Of a stretch of 64,000 nucleotides of DNA, positions 23,809 through 35,929 are shown piece by piece; within the stretch, counting starts at the first letter, position 1, and each line of letters begins with the position of its first letter. A model generated the notes under the pieces. It ran no database searches, was not told where the DNA came from, and saw nothing but the letters and a program-made list of their open reading frames with translations. Location of the stretch: NCBI GenBank assembly GCA_002269645.1, contig NIVC01000169.1:1-64000 (forward strand), in the 5' to 3' direction. The position numbers and the translations under genes were made by a program. The DNA is from Macrostomum lignano (taxonomy: Eukaryota).

Positions 23809-26800
23809 CTAGGCCGTCGTCGGCGGACCCTTCCGTCGCACTCCGACCTTCCGCGGCGCCGGTGCCCCCGACGACGAATACGAGCACTCCTCAGGACCAG
23901 TTGGCAGAGAAGCCGCTTCGTCCATTGCTTGGTTGCGAGCGCTGAATAAGCTGGCCCGGCTGCCCGCTCCGCTGATTGGGACGGGCAAAATTATGGTTTA
24001 ATATGCTGATAGGTTTTCAGCTGCCTATGGTGAATGAGACAGGGAGAGAGTAGATGAGACAGGTAGAAGAGTAGATGAGACAGGGAGAGAGTGGATGAGA
24101 CAGGGAGAGAGTAGATGAGACAGGTAGAAGAGTAGATGAGACAGGGAGAGAGAGTATGAGACCGTGAGAGAGAGTAGATGAGGCAGGGTGACAGAGCAGA
24201 TGAGACAGGGAGAGAGAGTAGATGAGGCAGGGTGACAGAGCAGATGAGACAGGGAGAGAGAGTAGATGAGGCAGGGTGACAGAGCAGATGAGACAGGGAG
24301 AGAGAGAGTATATGAGGCAGGGTGACAGAGCAGATGAGACAGGGAGGGAGAGAGAGAGTATATGAGGCAGGGTGGCAGAGCAGATGAGACAGGGAGAGAG
24401 AGAGTATATGAGGCAGGGTGACAGAGTATGAGACAGGGAGAGAGAGAGTATATGAGGCAGGGTGACAGAGTATGAGACAGGGAGAGAGAGTAGATGAGGC
24501 AGGGAGAGAGAGTAGATGAGGCAGGGTGACAGAGCAGATGAGACAGGGAGAGAGAGTAGATGAGGCAGGGTGACAGAGCAGATGAGACAGGGAGAGAGAG
24601 AGTATATGAGGCAGGGTGACAGAGCAGATGAGACAGGGAGAGAGAGAGTATATGAGGCAGGGTGACAGAGTATGAGACAGGGAGAGAGAGTAGATGAGGC
24701 AGGGTGGCAGAGCAGATGAGACAGGGAGAGAGAGAGTATATGAGGCAGGGTGACAGAGTATGAGACAGGGAGAGAGAGTAGATGAGGCAGGGAGAGAGAG
24801 TAGATGAGGCAGGGTGACAGAGCAGATGAGACAGGGAGAGAGAGTAGATGAGGCAGGGTGACAGAGCAGATGAGGCAGGGAGAGAGAGTAGATAAGGTAG
24901 GGCGAGAGAGTAGACTAGACAGGGAGAGAGTAGGTTAGACAGGGAGATCCAATCATTGCACTCGCTCACCTTCTCCAGCTCAGCTGTCTCCTGGACCACC
25001 TAAACAGCCATGCGGCGAACACTGAGCAGCTGATGCCAGCCAGGGCAACTCCGACAACAACTGAAGACAGCCGACTGAAGCTGCGGGTTTTCCATACAGG
25101 ATTCTTCATCAAATTGGGGGAAATTATTAGTTAGAAAACAAAGAAAATGATGCATGTATGACTTACTCATCCCAGAAGGTGCAGCACTCCTGACCGTCCT
25201 TGAAGCCGCAACAGTACACCTTGTCCAGTTGGTTATCCAACGGGCAGACGTGTAGGCCGAGTACCGTACGGTTCTGGTAGAGCCAGGGCTGCATTACTGA
25301 GTCATTTAGCCAGCTGGGCAGGTCGTGTCGCACGCTGAAGCACAGGGTCATGCTGTCGCTGTACTCTGGATGGGCTGCTCGCCAGTCCTTTGAGGCCAGA
25401 ATGATGCCGAGGCGGTAGGCTGTGTACTTGGCTAGGAAGCTGGGTATGGGATTGGGTGGGTCTGTTTTGAAGCTTCCTGATTGGCTGTGGAGTTGAACTA
25501 GCCTACGCCTAGAGTAGCGAGGTGGGTCTCTTTCCAATGGAGCTCTCTGATTGGCTGTGGAGTTGAACTAGCCTACGCCTAGAGTAGTGACATGGGTCTC
25601 TTTGCAATGGAGCTCTCTGATTGGCTGTGGAGTTGACTAGCCTACGCCTAGAGTAGTGAGGTGGGTCTCTTTTTAATGGAGCTCTCTGATTGGCTGTGGA
25701 GTTGAACTAGCCTACGCCTAGAGTAGCGAGGTGGGTCTCTTTCCAATGGAGCTCTCTGATTGGCTGTGGAGTTGAACTAGCCTACGCCTAGAGTAGTGAC
25801 ATGGGTCTCTTTGCAATGGAGCTCTCTGATTGGCTGTGGAGTTGACTAGCCTACGCCTAGAGTAGTGAGGTGGGTCTCTTTTTAATGGAGCTCTCTGATT
25901 TGTTGTGGAGTTGAACTTGGTCCAGGGGTATGTAGAGATGCGAATGATATTATATTTTAGGCTAAATCAGGTGGGTGTTAAAATGATTAATATGAGTACT
26001 GCTCACGAGAACCGACTGCGGATGAGCATTGGCAGCGAGGAGAAGCCGCCGCTTCCGGACGAGCCGTAGCGGCTGTTTTTCCGAGTGCTGCCGCCGGCTC
26101 GGCTGCCTGCGCCCTTCGTACGGGGAACTCCTTTGCTGTACAAGGGGCTCGCGGCTGAAGAGCGAGTGAGATTTGTTTCAATCTGGGGGCTTCGAAAGTG
26201 TTCTTGGCACAAGCTTTCCTCTTTTGCCAGCCTTCTCCTCTCTCCCTCTCGACCCTACTCTCTCCCTCTCAATTCTCCTCTCTCCCTCTTAACCCTCCTC
26301 TCTCTCCTTCTCAACCATCTCTCTCTCTCTCTCTCTCTCAAACCTCCTCTCTCACTCTCAACCCTCCTTTCTCTCTCTCAACCCTCCTCGCTCTCAACCC
26401 TCCTCTCTCTCCTTCTCAACCCTCCTCTCTTGCTCTCAACCCTCCTCTCTCGCTCTCAACCCTCCTCTCTTGCTCTCAACCCTCCTTTCTCTCTGTCAAC
26501 CCTCTCTCTCGTTCTCAACCCTCCTCTCTCTCCTTCTCAACCCTCCTCTCTCGCTCTCAACCCTCCTCTCTCTCAACCCTCCTCTCTATCCTTCTCAATC
26601 ATCCTCAGTCTCCTTCTCAACCCTCCTCTCTCGCTCTCAACCCTCCTCTCTTGCTCTCAACCCTCCTTTCTCTCTGTCAACCCTCCTCTCTCCTTCTCAA
26701 CCCTCCTCTCTCGCTCTCAACCCTCCTCTCTATCCTTCTCAATCATCCTCAGTCTCCTTCTCAACCCTCCTCTCTCGCTCTCAATACTCCTCTCTCGCTC

Positions 26801-27083
26801 TCCTTCTCCCTCTTAACCCTCCTCTCTCTCCTTCTCAACCATCTCTCTCTCTCAAACCTCCTCTCTCACTTTCAACCCTCCTCTCTCGCTCTCAACCCTC
26901 CTCTCTCCCTCTCAACCCTCCTCTCTCTCCTTCTCAACCCTCCTCTCTCGCCCTCAATCCTCCTCTCTCGCCTCCTCTCTCCCTCTCATGCATGAATCCT
27001 TCCCCGCTAAGCCAGGCTTGCAAAAATTCCTTACCAACTGAAAGCAGCAACAAAATCTGCAGAATTCTTCGAGTTCCAAGCAT
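23809..27083 (-). CDS. Shisa-like single-pass membrane protein, copy C, intact. Exons 27083-27035, 26154-26007, 25439-25167, 25074-24970, 23941-23809
   Basis: All four junctions are GT-AG and in phase. Signal MLGTRRILQILLLLSVA; G/S/R-rich exon ending LIRSRFS; TLCF...VCP...YCCG...ECCTFW; TM LSSVVVGVALAGISCSVFAAWLF. The TM exon is 105 nt, the same length as in copy A. Confidence 0.78.
24030..24935 (+). repeat. Purine-rich composite repeat, Shisa-like C intron 4
   Basis: gatgagacagggagagaga and gatgaggcagggtgacaga units. Confidence 0.88.
25472..25915 (+). repeat. 70-bp tandem repeat (~6 copies, arranged as 2 x ~209 bp), Shisa-like C intron 2
   Basis: Unit gctctctgattggctgtggagttgaactagcctacgcctagagtagcgaggtgggtctctttccaatgga. 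Variants recur every third copy. Confidence 0.9.
26220..26985 (+). repeat. CT-rich repeat (ctctcaaccctcctctct), Shisa-like C intron 1
   Basis: Direct reading of the sequence. Confidence 0.88.
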
Positions 27084-28146
27084 CGCCGATTTTTTTCACC
27101 TGTAGTTCTATTACTCGTAATTTAATGCATTGTGTATTTGTACTAAACGGTCTGCGTCTTGTGCGGCCGGTCAATTCTCGCCTAGAGAAATGGGCTCAAG
27201 TTTACAGTATGTTACTAAAGTTTAAATGTTTGTCGTTGCTAGGATCCACGTCTCTCATTCTATCCTATTCTCTATCCTTTCCTTTGTTATCACTCGTACG
27301 TGTTTTCTTGTTCCTGTACAGTATACATGTACTCACTAGTCTGCAGATCCCCACCGCCGCGGGCTTAGATGAGGCTGACAGTTTCCAAATTCAAGAGAGA
27401 CTGGAATAAGCTAAAGACAATTGCAAGTACTGCACAGTGTACGTGTGCTGTGCAGAATCCAGTATGTAGCATAAGGTTGGGGTGGAAAGGGAGGCGATGC
27501 TTTGGAGGGACGCGAAGATTGAATGGGGGAGAGGAAGGGGAGAGGTAGAGAGAGGAGGGTTGAGAGGAAGCTGAGAGGGAGGGAGAGAGGAGAATGAGAG
27601 GGAGAGGAGGAAGCTTAGAGGGAGAGGAGGAGGTTGAGAGGGAGAGTAAGGGTGAGAAGTACAGAAAGATGATATGGAGAGTGGAATCAATTCCTATTCA
27701 TATATGAGAATGTTTTTGCCATAAAATCAGAGTTTGAAGCTCATTTGAAGAAGTCCAATTGTCAGGACTGCATATCGAGTATGGAGAGGCGCCTTGCTCA
27801 GCCGCAAGAGAATGAAAGCATTATGAAACCAATCAACCAAAAGTTAAAATCGTGAATACAAAAAAGGCTAAACTAAAAACCAAGAATTGCAGCCTTCGAG
27901 TGGATATGCAAGCGTTTATTTTTTTTAGTTTTCGTAAAACCTTTCGCTAAGTCGAATCGAATGTAAGAATTTTGAGACACAGAATCTTACAGTACATGAC
28001 TACTGAGTACGGTTTATTACAAACGATATATAATTTTCAGTAGTGCTGGACTAATAATAATGATAATTTAATTTGCTAATTCGCCTACTACAAGTAGCCG
28101 GATGAGGGAAAACGAAACAGTCTAAATAATGATAGTAATTGCATCG

Positions 28147-31100
28147 TCAGCGACTGGCGGACGAGTCGGACAGGCCGGCCAGAGTCTCCTGGTCGAACTT
28201 GCCGCGCTGCGGATTCGCCGAGGTGACCAGGGCGTCGCCCAGTTCGGCCAGCAGGCGCTCGCCGATGTCCTCGGCGATCTGGTCGTGCTGCCTGAACGCG
28301 GCCAGCTCGTGCTGATCCAGGTGCTCCAGGCACTGGCGGCGGCCCTTCACCCGGACCTGATGGATTCGCTCCATGTGCCGCTCCCGGTTGGACTTGGTCG
28401 AGAAGGCGTGCTCACAGCGGGTGCACGCGTACGGCTTGTGGCTGGTGTGCGTGATGATGTGCCGCTTCAGCGATGACATCCAGGGGAAGGCCTGCCGGCA
28501 GGACTCGAACGGGCAGTAGATGAGGTTCGGCGCCTCTTTGTAGGAGTTTTTGCGAGACTTTCTCTGCTCGGCCGATTGCGAATGCCGACGCCCGTCCTGG
28601 TCGATCATGTCGACGTCCACGTCGACGTCGATGTCAACAGCATCGTCGGCTGCGTCGCTAAGGTCTCCAAGGGTGCAGTCGTTGCTGCTGCGGCTCTGGT
28701 GCTCGTCGGTGTCGTCGGCGCTGACGCAGCCGGGAGTCGGCGTCGAGGTTGCCGCTTTGCCATCTGGCTGCGCCAGCGGCGGAAATGTCGGCAGCATCGG
28801 CTGCGGGGCCTGAGGCTGCTGACTGAGAGCGGACAGCCACAGGTGCTGCTGGTGCTGGCTGCTACCGGCCAGGGCAGCCAGGTGGTGCAGGCTCCACGGC
28901 CAGGGAAGGCAAGCGGCCGCGGCGGCTGCGGCGGCTGCTGCGGCAGCGGCTGGCCAAGGCTGAGCAGCAGGCGTCGCGAGAGTCTGGCGAGGCGGCGCCA
29001 ACGCGGCGGATGAGCTGGGAGCAGCGGGGATCGTTGCTGCCGACTTCTGCACTGTCAGGTCCAGCGGCTGGTCGGTGGCGGCCGACTGAGCAGACGGAGC
29101 CACCCGGTCGGAGCTGGACCGCTTCAGCGCGCCTTTCAGCCAGACTGGCGGAGCCTCCTCCAGCTGCGCCTCCTCGCCGCTGTCGTCATCAAACGCAGCT
29201 ACGGCGTCAGCGGCCGCTGGCGCTTCCTCTGTCGCTGTCGTTGAAGAATCGCCGACACCGCCGCCGCCGCCCGGACGACGTCCGCGACGCCCGCGACCTT
29301 CGCCGCTGAGATGGCGGTCGACCTGGTCGGCCAGGCCGGGATCATTCCGGTGGGTCTGCAGGTGCCGTCGCATGTTGCCGTTGGTGGTGAAGGCGGTCGG
29401 GCAAAGCGGACAGGCGAACGGCCGCTCGTCTGTTGGGATTTGGGAGATTTTTCTTAGATATTTTGAAAGATGAAGGATGTGGGAGCAGATGAGACTGGGA
29501 CTGCTGTGCGAATTGGGAAGCGAAATTGGAAACCGGGAGAGAGGAGAGTGGAGAGGGGAAGCGGGAGAGGGGGGAGCGGGAGAGGGGGGAGCGGAAGAGG
29601 GGGAAGGAGAGGGGAAGGAGAGGGGGAAGCGGGAGAGGGGAAGCGGGAGAGGGGAAGCGGGAGAGGGGAAGCGGGAGAGGGGAAGCGGGAGAGGGGAAGC
29701 GGGAGAGGGGAAGCGGGAGAGGGGAAGCGGGAGAGGGGAAGCGGGAGAGGGCAAGCGGGAGAGGGGAAGCGGGAGAGGGGAAAGCGGGAGAGGGGAAGCG
29801 GGAGAGGGGAAGCGGGAGAGGGGAAGCGGGAGAGGGGAAGCGGGAGAGGGGAAGCGGGAGAGGGGAAGCGGGAGAGGGGAAGCGGGAGAGGGGAAGCGGG
29901 AGAGGGGAAGCGGGAGAGGGGAAAGCGGGAGAGGGAGGAAGAGAAAAATCAGAGTCAGAGGATGGTTGACAGAAAATTTCTACCTCAACGTACTACTCAT
30001 GCGAGTAGAAATAATAGTAAATGCAAAATATTTATTTAAAACACTCACCCGAATGCGTGAGCATGTGCCTATCTAGCGAGGACTGCGAGCTGAGCTCCTT
30101 GCTGCAGATGGCGCACCTGTGCTGCCCAACTGAATCGCAATCCCGATTGTGCGTCCTCAGGTGGGCGGTCAGCTCGATTTTGCTTCTGGCCAGCACCTGC
30201 CTGCCGTTCTGGTCGCAGAGCGGGCAAACGAACACCTCCTGACCATTGAGCAGCTGTTTCGGCAGGACCTGTCAATTCCAGCGGGAATTTCGGTTGAATT
30301 TTTTTTTCGATACGGCGGCGGAGATAAGAGATAAGGATAAATAGGTTTACATTTTATACAAAATTTTCCCAAGTGTGTTTTATGACTGGCAAGCATACCA
30401 CCTGCACCATAGGAAGAACTCGCCGCCCTAGCAACTGTCCAGTATCTCTGCCAAGCTTCATCTTCATTTATATGCGCAACCAACGAATGAAAAAAACTTT
30501 GTGATACCAAAGAAGTGCCTCCGCTTTGAGTGCCCGCCTCCTAACACCCGAAATCCCAGATGGGGGAGGGGATGGGAGTCTGCACGGTCAAGGATCGACG
30601 CCGAGAATAAAAGTCTGGTAGGGGGGGGGGGTGTCATCCAGGGGTCAGCCATGATTGTGAGGCAATCATATCATTGACTGACTTGTCTGCAGTTCTATGG
30701 GACTTGACCGCAGTCTCCTTGGATCCTCTTCTTTATCTATAATAACTTTATTGCTCGTTTCCCGTTCCCACCAAAAATAAAAAGTTAGATTTCGAGTCGA
30801 ATATAGACTGCGAGTTGTGTCCCGCATGCAGATGCAGATGAGGCTGAGGCTGGCTAGACAGGCGCCGGCAGCGGTTATATAAAAATAGGAAAAGAAACAA
30901 AGACTCCAAAGCTAGAGTCTGTGTAGTCTGTGTTACCCTTTACTTCCTCTTATACTAGTTTGTTTACATCTATTTTTTCAGAGACCCATGAATGTGAGAA
31001 GGCAAACCAATCCAATCAACAAAGGTGATTGACACTGGATCGGGTAGTTCAGAACTCAAATTGCACTAAAAATCCTAAAGATAAATAAAGACCTTGAGTT

Positions 31101-31644
31101 CGGTATAGCTTTGAACTCCTGTCACTCTTTGTCCCCACTCTTTTGCTTCCAGGAAATTTGCTTCCACAAATCAACAATAGGGGACTCAGGTGTTTTGCGT
31201 TTGCACCTTATGCACACTTAATTTCAGTTTGATAACGACCAAATGCGAGCGTATAGCCATAAACCAGCCGGTTGGTAAACAAAAATAAAATAATTAATTA
31301 ATATCGCACCTTAGTAGCAGAGCTCCTCCGTCCACTTCCGCCGGGCAGAGTCTGCAACTTCTTCTGTTGCTTCTGCTTTTGCTGCTCTGGCTGATCAGGC
31401 CGCAGCAGGTGCAGCTGATTTGACGCGAAATTCGATGCCGACCAAGTCAGCCCCATGAAGCTCTGGCGCTGATGAGAGGCTGCAGTGCGATGCAAAGTTA
31501 ACAGTTAAACGTTCTCAGTTGAATGTTATTGCAATTTCTAGAAAAACAATTATGAATTATTAAATTACCAAACGATGCAGGCCGCAGCAGAGCATCAGCG
31601 CTGCCAAATTCGTCCTTAAACTGCTGATGTTGCAGTAGAGTCAT
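28147..31644 (-). CDS. RREB1: RREB1/hindsight(pebbled)-like C2H2 zinc-finger transcription factor. Exons 31644-31569, 31479-31310, 30268-30049, 29429-28147
   Basis: [45 protein letters not shown] and [39 protein letters not shown] match the diagnostic finger pairs of RREB1/hindsight. A PLDLT CtBP-type motif is present. Junctions are in phase, and the ATG has an upstream in-frame stop. Confidence 0.85.
29540..29935 (+). repeat. 14-bp G-rich repeat gggagaggggaagc, RREB1-like last intron
   Basis: Direct reading of the sequence. Confidence 0.92.
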
Positions 31645-33004
31645 GGTTCGAGTTTAATCTCGAAGCTCTGCAGACTATAGACTTTGGAGTTTGGTAAGCT
31701 AGGATGTGGGAACTAAGATGATGATATTGTGCGAGTCGATTCCCACTGTTTAAATAGCGATGGTGGAGCAGTCAGGCAGGAGGCGGAGGCCGGAGGGGGA
31801 GGGGGAGGGACATCCTCTTTGGACCGGAGCCAATTCCTCCCTGAGAGAGTGGCTATTGGGGGATTGAGCAAGCTCACCCGAGCTCCTGCTCTCATTGGCC
31901 CGGGGGGCGGCGGCGGCGGCGGCTGCGGCCCACGCTGATTACGATAAGCCGAGGAAGGGTTGAGCAGGAGCAGGGGGGGTTGGGTGAGGGAAGGCAGGAC
32001 CACCCCTGCCTGTGTTGGTTGCTATGCTCAGCTCTGCCCCATTCATTTCGTTTTATATCCCATACCCTCACTCGGACTCGGAATTCCTGTTGTTTAGTCT
32101 TTGTTGCCAGCGGCCCCTTCGCGGTGCCCGACACACTTTGGCGTCGAGCCAAAAGCACCGCTTTATCTCTGCTCACCAACCCCAATCTCATAGCTCAGGC
32201 TCCTCCTCAACTCGGTCCAGCATGCTCAGAAATTCACGTCACATCATCAAACATCCCACACAATAAGCTTTCCCACGGACAGCCCGCGGTCTTTTTGGCT
32301 GGCTTCCAGTTTAGTATCAGAGACAGACAGTTAGTGCAGTAAGTGATACTGCAATATGGCCCGCACTCCCCTTCCCGATATCAACACATCCCTCCCTCAC
32401 CCACTGAACTCCTTCAAGCTTTTTCCCACGTTCTTTTCTTGGCAAGCCGACTGACTGACTGCATGGTATCTTTGTGTTGTTTACTGCCGACAGGCGGCGG
32501 TAGCAATACAAATATATCAGTGTATGAATGCAGGCATTATCTCTGTATAAGTATCAGATAAAGCTTGCCCGGCCTGGCCTTAAAAATCTTTTTAAAAAGC
32601 CACTATATTTCTGTGCTGTTGCTTTCACAAGAGCACGCGTGCCGCAACCGCCATCCCCTCACCGCGTCAAGAGGGGCTGAGACTCGAACTTGCCAAAAAG
32701 TTCCCATCACAGTGCGGTGTGGGATTGTTTTTCTAGGAAATAGATAAAAATAATATTATTCCCATGCTTAGTATTATGGGGTTGGGGGTCCCGAGATTTC
32801 TAAACCAAGGATGCTTTATCAAATTTGCGCTGCCGAGCTGAGAAATTGACCTTAGATATCATTTTAATAACAGATGTGACCAAACAGCATTAAAATAATG
32901 CATTTATTGTTTTTTTACAGCATTAAAATTCATCATTTACATTCAGCATTAAAATAATTAATGTAATGAACGAAACTGCTTATGACTGAACATGAGTCTG
33001 CTAT

Positions 33005-34480
33005 CTCTCTGATCTCTATTAGATCTCACTCTGAACTCTATTAGATCTCACTCTGAACTCTATTAGATCTCACTCTGAACTCTATTAGATCTCACTCTGA
33101 ACTCTATTAGATCTCACTCTGAACTCTATTAGATCTCACTCTGAACTCTATTAGATCTCACTCTGAACTCTATTAGATCTCACTATGAACTCTATTAGAT
33201 CTCACTCTGAACTCTATTAGATCTCACTATGAAGTCTATTAGATCTCACTCTGAACTCTATTAGATCTCACTCTGAACTCTATTAGATCTCACTCTGAAC
33301 TCTATTAGATCTCACTCTGAAGTCTATTAGATCTCACTCTGAACTCTATTAGATCTCACTCTGAAGTCTATTAGATCTCACTCTGAACTCTATTAGATCT
33401 CACTCTGAACTCTATTAGATCTCACTCTGAACTCTATTAGATCTCACTCTGAAGTCTATTAGATCTCACTCTGAACTCTATAAGATCTCACTCTGAACTC
33501 TATTAGATCTCACTCTGAACTCTATTAGATCTCACTCTGAAGTCTATTAGATCTCACTCTGAACTCTATTAGATCTCACTCTGAACTCTATTAGATCTCA
33601 CTCTGAACTCTATTAGATCTCACTCTGAAGTCTATTAGATCTCACTCTGAACTCTATAAGATCTCACTCTGAACTCTATAAGATCTCACTCTGAACTCTA
33701 TTAGATCTCACTCTGAACTCTATTAGATCTCACTCTGAACTCTATTAGATCTCACTCTGAAGTCTATTAGATCTCACTCTGAACTCTATTAGATCTCACT
33801 ATGAACTCTATTAGACCTCAATGATCTCTATTAGATATCACTCGGAATTCTATTAGATCTCACTCTGAACTCTATTAGACCTCAATGATCTCTATTAGAT
33901 ATCACTCGGAATTCTATTAGATCTCACTCTGAACTCTATTAGATCTCACTCTGAACTCTATTAGATCTCACTATGAACTCTATTAGACCTCAATGATCTC
34001 TATTAGATATCACTCGGAATTCTATTAGATCTCACTCTGAACTCTATTAGATCTCACTCTGAACTCTATTAGATCTCACTATGAACTCTATTAGACCTCA
34101 ATGATCTCTATTAGATATCACTCGGAATTCTATTAGATCTCACTCTGAACTCTATTAGATCTCACTCTGAACTCCGTTAGACCTCAATGATCTCTATTAG
34201 ATATCACTCGGAATTCTATTAGACCTCACTCTGAACTCTATTAGATCTCACTCTGAACTCTATTAGACCTCAATGATCTCTATTAGATATCACTCGGGAT
34301 TCTATTAGATCTCACTCTGAACTCTATTAGATCTCACTCTGAACTCCGTTAGACCTCAATGATCTCTATTAGATATCACTCGGAATTCTATTAGACCTCA
34401 CTGATCTCTTTAGATCTCTCTGATCTCTATTAGATCTCTATGATCTCTATTAGATCTCACTTTGAATTCTATTAGATCTC
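33005..34480 (+). repeat. 22-bp minisatellite tctattagatctcactctgaac
   Basis: Direct reading; composite variant blocks appear after 33800. Confidence 0.95.
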
Positions 34481-35094
34481 ACTGCCCACTGATCACTATT
34501 AGCTCTCTCTCTGCTCGCAATTAGATCTCACTGATCTCTTTAAGTTTCTCTCCGCTATCTTCATCTCTCCTCTACTTGCCTTCTCAGTGTTTTAATTTCT
34601 TATTATTTCCCAGAATTTTTCTCTACTTTCTGTGTTTCGAATCAACCCAGTCTCCTCTATTATCTTTCCTGGAAATTTTGCTCCTTTTGCGTGATGTGCT
34701 CGCAAATATGGTTATAGAAGCGATTATAGGAATGACCTTTTCTATTCCGAGCTTCATTCTTGACTCAAACAAAGAATTAGACAGGTTCGCACGTTTTCCG
34801 AATACTTTAATCGTCAAGGGGGATCTGAGCTTGGTCTGGGATAAATCAAAGTCTAAGAATAGAATCTTATTAACAGGACGTGATTGACCGGTCGTTTTCA
34901 CGGATCAAACGATAGAAAGAGGATGAAAGCAGCATACTGAGGACTTGAGGGTTGAGCAAGAGCTCAATCAGATGGCTGCATCCTGTGTGTCACACTGCAA
35001 ATTGCGACACCATGGTGAAAATCAGAAAAAAATTTATAGAATATTTCTAGATCGAACGAAAAAAAGCTGAGAAGATAAATACATTTTTGCAAAG

Positions 35095-35370
35095 TGTCCA
35101 GTTTGTGAATTGTCCAGTTTGTGAAGAGTCCAATCTGTGAAGTGTCCAGTTTGTGAAGTGTCCAGTTTGTGAAGATTCCAGTTTGTGAAGAGTCCAGTTT
35201 GTGAAGTGTCCAGTTTGTGAAGAGTCCAGTTTGTGAGGTGTCCAGTTTGTGAAGAGTCCAGTTTGTGAAGAGTCCAGTTTGTGAAGAGTCCAGTTTGTGA
35301 AGTGTCCAGTTTGTGAAGTGTCCAGTTTGTGAAGTGTCCAGTTTGTGAAGTGTCCAGTTTGTGAAATGTC
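35095..35370 (+). repeat. 16-bp repeat tgtccagtttgtgaag
   Basis: Direct reading of the sequence. Confidence 0.9.
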
Positions 35371-35929
35371 TGTTTTGTGAAGCGACTCCCCCGAGGAAAA
35401 GTGGTGTGAGTTAATGAGGATGTAGAAGAAAGAAAAGCCTCAAAACAATAAAGCCCCTAGAAAGATCCCACAGCTTCAACTAAAGCAAAAAGAGCAGCTG
35501 AAATAAAAACTGAAAAAACGAACGCACTTTGAATTTTCCCACAGTCCGTCTGCGGGAGGGGAATTTACTTGTGCTTGCAGTAAATTGCACACAGGCCTGA
35601 CAGTTTGTGATTCTCTTTATTGTGGAGTTTGCAGATGGAAGTTGCGAGGTCGTGAGAAAGGGGTACAAATAGCAGATGCTGCATTTGATCGCGCCATCAT
35701 GCTTAAAAGTCCCGAACTCAGTTGTAAAACTCGAGTTCGAGCTTTGAAGATCTGTTTTTGAATAACAGAGGTAATGACCGCTGGCTCATATACAACATCG
35801 GGCGCATAGGAGGTAGGAGCTTAAATAATATAAAGTTACTATATATACATAGTATAATACTGTAGTATATTACTATCGTACATAAAGTTAATAAACTCAA
35901 AGAGGGGGCGGTGTGTTAAATTTGATGGG

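Noticed and set aside
25472-25915. CRISPR-like appearance of regular repeats, here and in other arrays
   Set aside because: Units are head-to-tail with no unique spacers, there are no cas genes, and the context is eukaryotic introns.
21196-30076. Leu/Ser-rich and Gly/Glu/Arg-rich ORFs (21196, 24025, 26085-27105, 29470-30076)
   Set aside because: They arise from GA/CT low-complexity tracts. The first ~110 aa of the 28147-29754 ORF and the start of the 59277 ORF are also intronic repeat sequence.
34576-34901. Opposing ~100-aa ORFs
   Set aside because: No recognisable domain, AT-rich, and no supported splice chain.
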